A stretch of 64,000 bases of DNA from Lingula anatina (lineage: Eukaryota; Animalia; Brachiopoda): NCBI GenBank assembly GCA_051362555.1, contig CM120646.1, positions 21,390,001 through 21,454,000 of the forward strand, read 5' to 3'. The position numbers and the translations under genes were made by a program. Shown here piece by piece: positions 1 through 13,400 of this stretch (positions are counted from its first letter, which is position 1; every line of letters starts with the position of its first letter). The notes beneath the pieces were generated by a model. It ran no database searches and was not told the origin of the DNA. It saw nothing but the letters and a program-made list of their open reading frames with translations.

Positions 1-343
1 TTTAGAACTCATAGGCAGTTGTGTGGGCTCTTCAATTAATCTGTCCTCTGGTTCTTTAGAATTCATAGGCAGTTGTGTGGGCTGTTCAGTGAATCTGTCC
101 TCTGGTTCTTTAGAATTCATAGGCAGTTGTGTGGGCTCTTCAGTGACTTTGTCCTCTGGTTCTTTAGAATTCATAGGCAGTTGTGTGGGGTCTTCAGTGA
201 AACTGTCCTCTGGTTCTTTAAAATTAATAGGCAGTTGTGTGGGCTCTTCAGTGAAACTGTCCTCTGGCTTTTTAAAATCAATAGGTGGTTGTGTGGGCTC
301 TTCAGTGAAACTGTCCTCTGGCTTTTTAAAATCAATAGGTGGT
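1..343. repeat. 54-bp tandem repeat, ~6 copies, truncated by window start
   Basis: ataggcagttgtgtggg recurs at 11, 65, 119 etc. The period is a multiple of 3 and encodes the 18-aa unit of the minus-strand ORF. Confidence 0.95.
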
Positions 344-480
344 AAGGCTTTCTTTTGTTCTGTCAGGAACATCATCCATAATACAACTGCAACAATCATT
401 AAAAGTTTGCAGTAAAAAATATATTGAAGTAACCTATGAGTACGCTGCTTTGCAATACGCATCTGGATATTTGTCTTCAT
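1..480 (-). CDS. Partial ORF (runs off window start): putative type II single-pass membrane protein with 18-aa repeat stem, possibly a Golgi enzyme N-terminus; probably nested antisense in a BAZ2B intron
   Basis: Manual translation from ATG at 480: MKTNIQMRIAKQRTHRLLQYIFYCKLLMIVAVVLWMMFLTEQKKALPPIDFKKPEDSFTEEPTQ...(PMNSKEPEDxxTEEPTQL)n, with no stop through position 1. Basic tail, ~20-aa hydrophobic segment, acidic Pro/Thr stem. A ttttag acceptor ending at 514 opens the same frame. Absent from the ORF track, presumably because no stop lies in the window. Confidence 0.6.
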   Translation of the reverse strand, partial: MKTNIQMRIAKQRTHRLLQYIFYCKLLMIVAVVLWMMFLTEQKKALPPIDFKKPEDSFTEEPTQPPIDFKKPEDSFTEEPTQLPINFKEPEDSFTEDPTQLPMNSKEPEDKVTEEPTQLPMNSKEPEDRFTEQPTQLPMNSKEPEDRLIEEPTQLPMSSK

Positions 481-1424
481 TTTGCCATCAGATCCTTCAC
501 TATTGAAACCACTCTAAAATGTATTTGACTATGAATATTGTTTATTGCACAATATTCTTCTCATACTGTGTTACCAGTATCATATTATTTATTCAAGCTT
601 CTGCTTCAAGGTTAGGATATCTGTCTTTTAGATCTTTATTGATATTTAATGCACTTACATATAGGTTTGTTAATTAGGCTATGATACTTAGATCTTGATG
701 ACTTCCTTGATTTGACAAAAAATGACAAAAGTAAAGTTTTGGACATACAATGTCAACAATCTTTTTTAGGAAAAGAATGAGGTTGAGATAGGATTTAAAA
801 GGCAGTTTTTTACTGTACAAAAAAGGAGAGACTTTGAGTTTTAAGCAGCGTCCAATTGTATCTGATTGATAGGCAGTCCTTTTAAAAGGGAAAAAGGAAA
901 TGTTTGACCAAGTTGATATTTCTTTCTTATATACAACTGATGTATTTTGATCGAATAACTTGTAGAATTGCCAAATTTTGGAAAATGTTTGAATGTGTGC
1001 AATGGCTCCTTGCCTCTTTTGCGCTGCTCCGCAGTGCTCACTCTTGCATATCTGTCCTTTGCTTACAGGATGAAACTCCAAACTTATGTTTTCAAAGTAA
1101 TGCGTGTTGATGTTTCACTCGATAACCAACATCCAGTGTGTGTGAGTTAGTTCTAGAGTCACTCTTAATAACTAGCTATTTACTGATAGTTTACTAGCCT
1201 CACTGCAGTATATTTTTCATTTGTGGTCCATGTGCTCAAAATGATCTTTGGCATGTTTTGGCAAAAACAAGGCAGACTTGGTGCAAAAACTCGATCTAGA
1301 AATCCTTTTGATTTTAAGTCTGTAATCCCAAATTGGATTTTTAAATAATGTGGTGTAAGCTTGATATGCTACAGTGAGACTAGGTTTGACGTGTTGCTTG
1401 CTAACTTTCACTTCTAACCACTAG

Positions 1425-4400
1425 GTGGCGCTGATTGGTGGCGTGCGGCATCTGAGCATGCTCGGAGGCTAGCCACGACCGCAGAACTGGAATATTACAG
1501 CGGGGCTCTCAGCAGCCCTCTGTCGCCCCACTTTGGAACTCTTTCAACCAGCAGTACAGCCGAGTCAAGTATGTGTCAAGTCATCTGATTGGTCAGTTAG
1601 TTATCAGATGGGTATAACAAATATCCTTATAGGTTGATGCAAATTTTTATTTCTGTCCTTTGTCAGGATATCATCAACAAAGTCAGTGGGTCATTTAAGT
1701 GGCACAGTAAGGGATTTTTAAGTATAAAGTTTCTTTTCGAAGTTATTTAAAAGCACAAAGAATGGCCAGTAGCTGATCCTTTTGCTAATCTGAAACATTT
1801 TGTATCTTGACTTCTTCCCAACACTGATGAAAAATTTTAATAAATAAATGAATTAATAAGTAAATTGATAACTGAAAATGGAAATAAAATACAAAAAGAA
1901 TTAAGCAATCTTGAAAAGTCAGCAAACATTAATAGTTAGCCTACCTTTGAAATTGTCAAAAAAGAAGATAAAGGACCAGTTAAACATTTGTTCCAGGAAG
2001 AAATATATTTAATCAGTAAATGGAATTTATTCTTCAATCTTAGCAAAACAAATTTTAATGATTGGCCTACGTAAATTCAGACTGGGCTTTGCTTTTACCA
2101 TTTTAATTTAAGCTCTGGCTTCAACGAAGGCTTTGTTTGAGCACTTCTTCTGCAGTGTTGCCCAGGTTACCCTCATCAAACGGCAAAGTTGCTGCTGATA
2201 GTTAGTCCAGGTTGACTTACTTAGTCCAGATTCTTTGTCACATAATTATTATTCCCATATTCACATCAGTAGTTTGCAGTTGACTATTGGACAGAAAGCT
2301 AAACTGGCTTATTGCTTTTTGCACAACTAATACACTGACAAAAAAATGTGTGCTGACGTGCGATGATTAGCATTTTAACTATATTTAGCATGCTTTTAAC
2401 ATTTTATACAAGTATGTAATATCTTGATAGATCTGACAAGAAGAAAAGTGTTGAACTTACCATTTTGGTTGCTTCCTGATGCATATTGTTTGCTATCTTC
2501 TTTCAGCAATGAATGGCATCTTTTCTGCTCCGCTGTTTCAACCCTACGTAACCACCACATCATCGACAACATCAGTGATGATTTCGCCGTCATCCACCTC
2601 ATCTCCTGTCATGTCACCTGCCAAGTCGTCATTGTCATCATCGTCGTCATCATCGTCTTCATCGTCATCAGCATCCAAGTCAATGGTAACCACAGCAACA
2701 ACACAAACCCCCACCACCTCCGTACTGACGACCTCTTCCTCCAGTACCAGCAGCGCAATCAGCACCTCCAGTTTTGGGAAAGGGCGTAAGAAGTCCACCA
2801 GCGGTCTGCCAATGACCTCACAAACACCTGTTATCATGACGATACCCAAACCTAAGCCTGCTCTTACCCCACCTAAACTCAACGCCGAGGAAGTCACCAA
2901 GAAAATGGTAAGGATGATATTTTTAATCAAATCATAAGTGTTCAACATGGTGATATATTATATGGTGATTTTATTGTTCTTTTTGTCAGGGTCAGTTGAT
3001 TAATTTTTTTTACCTCATTGCTGAAAGATTCTGCTTTTTCTCACAAATTTGATTTTATTTTTTACAGAATCTGCCTTCTGCTTATGAGGAGGTTGCTCTA
3101 AATCTGTCCAAATCGGACAACAAGAGACGTCTTAGCTCCAGCACAGATAACCTGAAGTCTCCTTCCAAAGTAGGTTTTCAGCTGCTAAAATACAGATGAA
3201 AGGTCCCCAGTATTTATTCAGAAATCTGGATTTTTAGGTGTTGTATTTTTGCTCCCTGACACCTATTCAGTATATAGAGCTGCATGCATGTTTTTGATAC
3301 TTGTATTTTGTCATGTTTTCAGTCCCATTTTCATTTCAAATTAAGTGAAAAGTGGTCAGACTTGACATGTTTAGATGTTTTACTTTTAGTCACACAAAAA
3401 TGCTTATTTATTTGGCTGTAGATATGAAATAAATATTCAGTTGTTTAACATCAAATGATTTTGTCAAAAATATTAAGTCGAAATTTGTTGGTAGTTCAAC
3501 AATGAGCTCATATATATATACATTTTTGACAATCACGATGGATGAATGACAGTACAATCTTATTTTTTGTAGAAGTAACACAGTTGAAAAATGGGTAAAC
3601 GTGAATGATATTGGTTATAAATTGGGTGATGTTGTGAATGTAACAACAAACCATTGTATAGTTTATATGGTATCCCCTTGTCATAACACGCTGACTTGGT
3701 ATGGGCAGATGTTATTTATAATCACTTCCCGGTTTAACTTTCAGAAGAGACACGACTCCGAGGAAGACACCTCTCACAAAAAACTGATCGCCGAGAAGTT
3801 GCAGCAGAAGATGAGAAAGCAGGCGTTGGCCCTGGGGAACATCGCTAAATCCCCGTCCACTCCGCACACCAAACCCTCCTGTGGCAGGAGGAAACAGTCC
3901 AGCACCTCTCCCATCACCACCACTTCTGCCACCGCCACCGCGGACTCTCCCGGTGCCAGACACACCATTACTACTAACCTCCTGGGAGGTGGGAAGTTCC
4001 CCACTTCTCCACTGTTCTCTAACCCAAGTCCATTTCTGGTGGGGGACAAGTCCCCTACATCCCCAGGGTTAAGCCCCCCGGGGTTAGGGATGTGGGGCAG
4101 AAGATTGTCGAGCAGCAGTGGTGGCAGCACCAACACAGAACAAGCTACCTTTGCTGCCACGGCCGCGGAAAAAGAAGAGCTCTCCTTTGCTAAGCTAGCA
4201 GCCAGCAGTGAGAAATCGTCCATCACCATGACAACGACTACAACTGATGCCACCGCATCCATGGCAACCAGTGCCACGCCAACCTCAACCTCAAAACCAA
4301 AGCAGCTACAAGGCGGGATGACTGCGGAAAAGATGGGACGTCTTTTCCCTGGCCTCATGGGACTCAAACAACCTGCTCTGCCTAGTGACACACCCTTAGT

Positions 4401-7400
4401 GATATCTACAGGTCCAACTTCACCTACGGCAACATCAGCCATTGCTGGGACAAAGACCAGTTCAACACTCGCCTCTCCACGGAGTCCAATAAGCCCTGGC
4501 TTAAGTATGGGGAAGGTGATTGGTGGGCCAACAACAGACAAACCAAGGGGAAGGGGCAGAAAATCATCCTCAGATGATCCCAGGGTTGGAGCACCTAAGG
4601 GAAGAGGCAGGGGGAAATCCACCAAAAGCCAGAAGGGGGCACCAGTGGAGGACGATGATGCAGTGGTAAGGTTTACTCACATTTGTTATTTTGCTATGCA
4701 AGTTGGGAGTAAATAGAAATATTCAAAAAGTTGAGCAATGGAATGAATTTAAGAAAATTAAAATATAATTTTTGAATGATTTGATATCTCTTTGTAATGC
4801 CATATAATGTAAGACTGGTAAGATATTGCATTTAAATTCTCGTTACTTTGTGTGTTGTACATTATGGAATTAGTGAAATTTTTTCCCTCCTTGAAACAGG
4901 AGCAAAAAAGGAAGCAAGAACTACTCAAGGCCAAGTTAGAGGCTGAGCTGAAGCAGCAGCAGTTACAGCTACGCCTACAGAGGAAGGCACAGGCTATGAA
5001 GGAGAAGGAAATAGCCATGAAAAGTCCGGTATGGTGCAAGAGAAATGAAAAATTAAATTTATTGAAAAATAAATAATTGTTCTTGTTTCAAAAGCCATGG
5101 GAAAATGCCTTTACCACATTTCATTTAAAGATTGAGGAAGTCATGCAATTCTTAGTAATTTTATATTATTGCTTTTGAATTATTTTATTATACATGTTTT
5201 GAATTTTGTAACTAAGCAAAGATAATTTATCTTTTAAATATTTTGTTTCTTATTATTTGTATTAAATAATTAAATTTTCCTTTTTTGAAATTGCAGGGCC
5301 AGCAAGCCCGCTCCCAAGACAAACTACAACAACAGAGACAAAAGTTATTACAAGAGCAACAAAGATTACAGCAGCAGCTGGATGAACAACAGCAGCATTT
5401 ACAACAACAACGAGAACAATCCCAGCAGCAGCAACAGACTGAGCAGAAAGTACAGAAGAAAAAAAGACAAAGGAAAACGAAAGAGCAGAAGGCCGCTGCA
5501 GCTTCTACAATATCTAAACCCCAGGAGTCAAAATTAGCTCAGGTTGGGGTTCTTTACGAGGCATATTTGACATATTTGACTTTATATTGAAGACTTTATA
5601 TTGTAGACTGAATTTCAAACAAGCCCCTAGTGTATGTATTGCACCAGTTTGAGAGATTGACAGCTTTATAGCCGGGTTACTTTTATCACCTTAATAGAGC
5701 CTTTCCCAGTCAAAATAGTGTAAAACATGAAGAGAAGGGGTTATGGTATGAAAAGGACGTAGATTTTTTTGACTTCAATATTTCAGGACACAAGGACTAG
5801 TTACGTGCTAATTCTGATAATTTAAATACCTTAACCAGGAAGGTGATCTTTCTTGTACATAATTGCTTTAAGCTGTCAGTCGAGCTTTGTCATGAGAAAG
5901 AGCCTCTGATAATGTGAAAGACATTTTGTCTTTAAAGGTGTCCCTGTTAATTAATTAATTGATTAATTTCTACTACAGGTGCTACTTAGTTCTGCTCTTA
6001 TCAATGCTCCCGCAGGACAAGAGAATGGTGAAAAGCTAGTCGCCAAGTTTAAGACTATAAGCAAGAAGAAAACAAAGTCTGAAACCCAGCAAAGTTCAGA
6101 GGAAAGCAGCGCCAAAGGGGAGTCTGACTCAGGTATATAGGATTCTGCTTTTATTTTGAAGAATCTTGCAAGAAAAAATATACTACAGCTCAGAATTTAT
6201 TTTCTCCTGCTACTTGACAAATCAGCATTAGTGAATGATAAAAAAAAAAAAAAAAACTCCATCTTGGTAAAGTTAAAACCCAAAAAGGGACAGTCAGTTA
6301 TTCTCTTCAGCTTAGAGCGTCAGATTTGGAAATGTGGACTGATTTTTTCTTTGAATTGAGGACAAATCATATTTTGTATGTGATTTTCTGCCTATAAAGG
6401 GCCCCCTGACGCACAGTTTCAGAGCCCTCTCTTCCTTCATTTTTCAAACCACCCAAAGTCTTGTGTGTTAAGCCTTATTATGCTATGCTGTTGGTCCTAT
6501 ATGACAGGGTCAGGTGACAGCTCCTCCAGCAGTGACACTGACAACAAGTCGGGAGGAGACAGCTCGGCTCAGGACAGCGATGACTTGCCTCTCAAGGGAT
6601 TGAAACGCCAAGCTGAGGAGGGTGAGACTGGTGAGTTAGCATGATGGGAATGTTTGGAGCATGATGGGAATGGTTTTAGGTGCTTGAACCTGAATATATT
6701 AGATGTACATAAGAAACAAGAATATAGCTGTGTACATTCCCGGTAGGCCTAACACTTATGAATTACTGACACTGTTTTCAAATTACTGCTAGTGAAATAA
6801 AATCCACACGACAAGAAATAAGCCAAATTAATTAGTTGGTCAGAAAAAGAAAAAATAATTAAAAAAGCTTTCAAACTGTATCCTCACATTTCTGGTTGTA
6901 AATTACACCTAATTTCCTTCTTCCCTTTGTGATGACATCAAAAATGAAACAAAAGGAAATAATGAAATGATACTCCCAGTTATGCGCTCAATTTGTTTGC
7001 TATTTCAGCCACCCCCCGGAAGAGACACAAAGTAACAGATGAGAGAGCACTGTTTATACCCATGGAAGAAGGGTAAGTTATTTAATTAAGGGAATTAAAT
7101 AAAGTAATATTTTATTAAAATAAACTCTAATCTCAGGTGCATGGGAGTAGATAAAGAGATTTAGAGTACATTATGAATTCTCAAGACACTAGTGTAGTAA
7201 CTGAAAGATCTTCTTTAATTTACCTTGCACCACTGCCAAACACCTTCAAAATCTTACTCTCTTGGTGAAGCTAAATTCTCCAGCACCTTGCTAAACTGGT
7301 TGTGATATTTTATTTCAGTTGGAAACGTCACACCCATGTGCGTACTCTGGGTCCCCGGGGTATCCTGGGAGAGGTGATATACCTGGCACCCTGCGGGAAG

Positions 7401-10400
7401 AGGCTCAAGACTTATCCAGACATCACCAGGGTGCGTTACCATGGAGATATACTCTGAGGCTGTGCTCATTCTTTTTTCACTTAGTCTTAATAGGAAAATG
7501 TTTTTTTGGAAAGCTGAACTTGTTCCTTAAGAGAATGTCTCTTTTAAAGCTGAAATTTTTATGAAAAGAAAGTCAGATTAAATTTGTTATAGCTTATGTA
7601 ATGTTGTTCTGAAAGGAAATGTATGGATTTTTAAAAGCTAAAATTGTTTTGAATTTTTTTAATTTATGATATTTCTCAGTTTGCATCTCTGTAATATATC
7701 ACTTGCATGGATGTTGTAAAAACTCGCAGAAGACATTTTTCTGATATTCTGAATTATTAAGATTTCATATCCCAAAAACTGACGATTAAACTCGTCATTT
7801 AATCCTTAATATTTCAGTACCTTGCCAGGAACAACATAACACACCTGACCAAGGACCACTTTACCTTCAGTACTAAGTTTAACATTGGAGTCTTCTACAG
7901 ACAGAATCTAACAGGAAAACCTATGGTAAGATTACTTTACCTTCAGTACTAAGTTTAACATTGGAGTCTTCTACAGACAGAATCTAACAGGAAAACCTAT
8001 GGTAAGATTACTTTACCTTCAATACTAAGTTTAACATTGGAGTCTTCTACAGACAGAATCTAACAGGAAAACCTATGGTAAGATTACTTTACCTTCAGTA
8101 CTAAGTTTAACATTGGAGTCTTCTACAGACAGAATCTAACAGGAAAACCTATGGTAAGATTACTTTACCTTCAGTACTAAGTTTAACATTGGAGTCTTCT
8201 ACAGACAGAACCTAACAGGAAAACCTATGGTAAGATTACTTTACCTTCAGTACTAAGTTTAACATTGGAGTCTTCTACAGACAGAATCTAACAGGAAAAC
8301 CTATGGTAAGATTACTTTACCTTCAGTACTAAGTTTAACATTGGAGTCTTCTACAGACAGAATCTAACAGGAAAACCTATGGTAAGATTACTTTACCTTC
8401 AGTACTAAGTTTAACATTGGAGTCTACTACAGACAGAATCTAACAGGAAAACCTATGGTAAGATTACTTTACCTTCAGTACTAAGTTTAACATTGGAGTC
8501 TTCTACAGACAGAATCTAACAGGAAAACCTATGGTAAGATTACTTTACCTTCAGTACTAAGTTTAACATTGGAGTCTACTACAGACAGAATCTAACAGGA
8601 AAACCTATGGTAAGATTACTTTACCTTCAGTACTAAGTTTAACATAGGAGTCTTTACAGACAGAATCTAACAGGAAAACCTATGGTAAGATTACTTTACC
8701 TTCAGTACTAAGTTTAACATTGGAGTCTTCTACAGACAGAATCTAACAGGAAAACCTATGGTAAGATTACTTTACCTTCAGTACTAAGTTTAACATTGGA
8801 GTCTTCTACAGACAGAATCTAACAGGAAAACCTATGGTAAGATTACTTTACCTTCAGCACTAAGTTTAACATTGGAGTCTTCTACAGACAGAATCTAACA
8901 GGAAAACCTATGGTAAGATTACTTTACCTTCAGTACTAAGTTTAACATTGGAGTCTTCTACAGACAGAATCTAACAGGAAAACCTATGGTAAGATTACTT
9001 TACCTTCAGTACTAAGTTTAACATTGGAGTCTTCTACAGACAGAATCTAACAGGAAAACCTATGGTAAGATTACTTTACCTTCAGCACTAAGTTTAACAT
9101 TGGAGTCTTCTACAGACAGAATCTAACAGGAAAACCTATGGTAAGATTACTTTACCTTCAGTACTAAGTTTAACATTGGAGTCTTCTACAGACAGAATCT
9201 AACAGGAAAACCTATGGTAAGATTACTTTACCTTCAGTACTAAGTTTAACATTGGAGTCTTCTACAGACAGAATCTAACAGGAAAACCTATGGTAAGATT
9301 ACTTTACCTTCAGCACTAAGTTTAACATTGGAGTCTTCTACAGACAGAATCTAACAGGAAAACCTATGGTAAGATTACTTTACCTTCAGTACTAAGTTTA
9401 ACATTGGAGTCTTCTACAGACAGAATCTAACAGGAAAACCTATGGTAAGATTACTTTACCTTCAGTACTAAGTTTAACATTGGAGTCTTCTACAGACAGA
9501 ATCTAACAGGAAAACCTATGGTAAGATTACTTTACCTTCAGCACTAAGTTTAACTTTGGAGTCTTCTACAGACAGAATCTAACAGGAAAACCTATGGTAA
9601 GATTACTTTACCTTCAGCACTAAGTTTAACATTGGAGTCTTCTACAGACAGAACCTAACAGGAAAACTTATGGTAAGATTACTTTACCTTCAGTACTAAG
9701 TTTAACATAGGAGTCTTCTACAGACAGAATCTAACAGGAAAACCTATGGTAAGATTACTTTACCTTCAGTACTAAGTTTAACATTGGAGTCTTCTACAGA
9801 CAGAATCTAACAGGAAAACCTATGGTAAGATTACTTTACCTTCAGTACTAAGTTTAACATTGGAGTCTTCTACAGACAGAATCTAACAGGAAAACTTATG
9901 GTAAGATTACTTTACCTTCAGTACTAAGTTTAACATTGGAGTCTTCTACAGACAGAATCTAACAGGAAAACTTATGGTAAGATTACTTTACCTTCAGTAC
10001 TAAGTTTAACATAGGAGTCTACTACAGACAGAACCTATCAGGAAAACCTATGGTAAAATTGGGGTTCACCAACTTATATTTCTTGTTACAGTTACCTTAA
10101 ATTTTAAAAATGGAAAGATGATAACTTATGAGTACCCATTAAAAAATTTGTTTATTCCTAATTCATCTTAAAAATGTTACTGTGAAATTGATCCCAGGCC
10201 CCTGTAAAATGTTCTTATAAACAGAAAAATAAATAATAAAACTAAAGTATTAAATAGAAAATGAATTTATAGATAACAGAATAAATATATACGTCAATCA
10301 ATAAAAAAATGAATAATTCAATGAAAAGGATATTTCATGTTCGCTAAATAATAAATAATTCTAGGAGTCGCAGGAAATGCCTGAGGAAGAGGTGCACAGC

Positions 10401-13400
10401 CTTTACACCACCATTGAGTCTCGTCGTGCCAAGAGAATGTCAGGTCCACAGCGAAGACTCCAGATGAAGAAGATCAAACAGCTGACCAAGAAAGCCATGG
10501 AGATGAAACAGAAAAGACAGGCGGAACAGCAGGGTAAGGAGGCCCAGGGTCTGTGAGTTTATTTTTAACTGAAAAAAATGAGGGCTAAAATATTTATCAA
10601 CATTTGTTTAATGAAATTAAGTTGATGTACATATGGTTAAAATATTATGTGAATTTAAATTCCCATCTTAAGAAATGTAGACCTAGCAATTATTGATCAA
10701 TCCTCCCTTTATTTCTTGTGGAATTATGTTTCATTAATTGCTATGAATGAAAATGAATATAAAATATTTGTAAAATATAAAAAGTGCTCAAGTTGGTGTC
10801 ACATATTGGAAACTGTTCAGAAACAACCACCTGTGTTACCTGTGTGATAATTGGTTCCACTGTAGACTTTTGCCACAGCATGTAATGTATATAAAAATTT
10901 ATTGAGACGATTCATTTTCACTGTCAGAAATGGCACAGAGACTAGAAGACATTACCAAGAAGAGGAAGGCAGAGAAACAAACTCTGAAAGAAGCTGCATC
11001 CAAGGCCAAACAATTCAGAGGTACGATGGCCATCTAAAATGTTGGCCATTTTAATGATCATTTTCATTGACTGAGCATTACATTGATGCATAAAAGAAGG
11101 TTTATTCATAACCATAATCTTTTTAACCACTATTTCTCTGAAGGTCCGATTAATATAGAAAAATTAAATGTTTTGTTACTGTGTATTATGCATTTTATTT
11201 ATTCTTAGTGCAGTGAAGTATGTGGCATATTGGGGGTTGCTTAGAACGACACAAATAAAGCACTATAATAAATTGTATATTTATTTATATATAAATAAAT
11301 AAAATTTGTCCACTTCAGATGAGGAAAGAAGAAAACAGAAGGAACAGATGAAGTTGTTGAAACAGCAGGAAAAATTGCAGAGGCAAGAGCAGCTGAGGAT
11401 GGAGAGAGAGATGAGAGCTCAGCATGTGGTGGAGGTAAGAGAACATTATGGGATATAATTTCATTATGGGATGAAATTTCATTTAATTTATGGGATGTCT
11501 GTAGTGACATCAAATGTTGTTTCAAAATCTGAAATTATTGAGCAGATAAAGAATTTTGATAAATTAATTTTTGCAAGCTCTGTTTGCTTATATTTTTGAA
11601 AACTGCATCTGTCTTTTGATATCCTCTAATCTGGTATAAAGATTTCCTTTCATAGCAGATTTTTCTTTTTCTTGTTGCCTTGATGATTAAGCCAGCATGT
11701 GGTTTACATGTGCCAAGATATCTTATTTCTGCCATATAGTTTTAACTCTGAAAGCATGTGGGACTTAGAAACCACATTATCTTCTTATCCATATATTAGA
11801 GATAATACACATTGATATCATGCTGTTTGATATTACTCGCAACATATTGTACTGCTTTGATATTGCTTTCTCTCATGTTTGTCAACAAAGTATTTGTGCT
11901 TGTATGGTAGATATTTGCATGGCAATTTCTTTAAATTTGTATCTTTGTCTGGTAAACTACAGGATTGGGAGTGTTTGATGGTGCAACAGAATTGCCTCCT
12001 TTTGATTTGGTAAAAAAATAAATGAATAGAATTAATGAAATAAAAAAGGAGGAATTCATCTGGGTTTTCTGGAAGTATTGTCTTCTTTTCTAACCATCTT
12101 CTCCCTGTATTTTACCAATAAAATCATACAAATTTGTAACCTATAATACCAGTTAATTATTATAAATGAAAATTATTTGTTATTTGTTGCTGACATAGAG
12201 AAATGTGAAATATTCTACTTTACATAAAGAAAAAGAAAAACCATAACAGTATTCTTTCTGTTTTCATGTTAAAGCACCTCAGCTTGTTGCATATCAAATG
12301 TTTTTTGCTATGGTTCATCCTAGCTTTTAAGACAAATCAGATTTTTGGAAAAAATAATGTAATAGGCAAAGAGGCATAATATTATCTAAACAATTAATGG
12401 TTCACATTATTGCCAAAAAAAAAAAATAATAATAATAAAATAAAAAAATGGATAAGATGAAATTATGCTGGTATTTTTTTATCTATATAAATTGCACCAT
12501 TCGTGTTCAGTGCTATGAAAGAATCATGGCAGAAAACTTGACGTGCAAGGATTGTTTCCCCCTCCATATACACACACACACACACACAAGTGGCTGTTCC
12601 ACTCGTTCGTATAATGCATGTTTGCTTTGCATGCTATCCAGGCACGGAAGCGTAGGAAAGAGGAGCTCCAGTCCCAAAGGTTTGCGGAGACGCTGCGAAA
12701 AGCCAAGGTATGCATGTCTTTGGGCTCGTGTCGTGTCGTACTCGTACGTGTGTATATCGCAGTGTTACTATAATTAGGCATACATCAGTGTTTGGCAGTA
12801 TATAATGATGTGTGTTACAAAACAAAGTGGTCCTTACTGAGGAGAGAATACATAACTGCAATGTGGAAATGATGTGAAAAAGAGGACCGTATAGATGTAG
12901 ATTTATACATTCCATCCTCCTTATGAGTGTTACACTTGGGATTGAGCATGTGATGTAACATGTAGCTTGTGATCCCTCAGACCATTCCCTCCCCTCTCCC
13001 CCGGCATGTACCCTTGTATGATAATTACTGACTAAATGCAAACAGAATGGAATAAATAATATTCTCCAAAACAACCCTTTGTGAATAAAGCAAATGTTGA
13101 TTCAAAAGTTCTGAAAAGTGAGTAGCTTCATGGCAAAGAGTGCATTTGGGCCAGATCTCTGAAAACGATAATTATTTTTATCAAGACTAGTTTGAGTGAG
13201 GAGTTTGCCATTGTCCAGACCCTTTGTGAATAAAGCAAATGTTGATTCAAAAGTTCTGAAAAGTGAGTAGCTTAATGGCAAAAAGCGCATTTAGGCCAGA
13301 TCTCTGAAAACAATAATTATTTTTATCAAGACTAGTTTGAGTGAGGAGTTTGCCATTGTCCAGTAATTACCCATACACGTGTCTATGTACTGAAGGTCTT

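Noticed and set aside
23-415. Plus-strand ORFs 23-415 and 73-345
   Set aside because: They are antisense shadows of the 54-bp repeat; the minus-strand frame has a real ATG, a TM segment and an acceptor.
1069-1141. Possible BAZ2B exon (gcttacag|...|gtgagt)
   Set aside because: The frame needed to join exon 1425 contains TGA. A shorter 28-nt version cannot be supported. It may be a non-coding or poison exon, but evidence is insufficient.
3774-4625. 283-aa minus-strand ORF, and similar ones at 2544-2948 and 27876-28325
   Set aside because: Antisense to long low-complexity BAZ2B exons, with no independent motifs.
7859-10057. CRISPR-like appearance of the regular arrays (76-bp and 146-bp)
   Set aside because: No unique spacers, no cas genes, and the context is eukaryotic; these are head-to-tail tandem repeats.
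11963-12009. Possible exon (tacag|GATTGG...TTG|gtaaaa)
   Set aside because: 47 nt, so frameshifting; weak pyrimidine tract; the peptide is unlike the neighbouring coiled coil.
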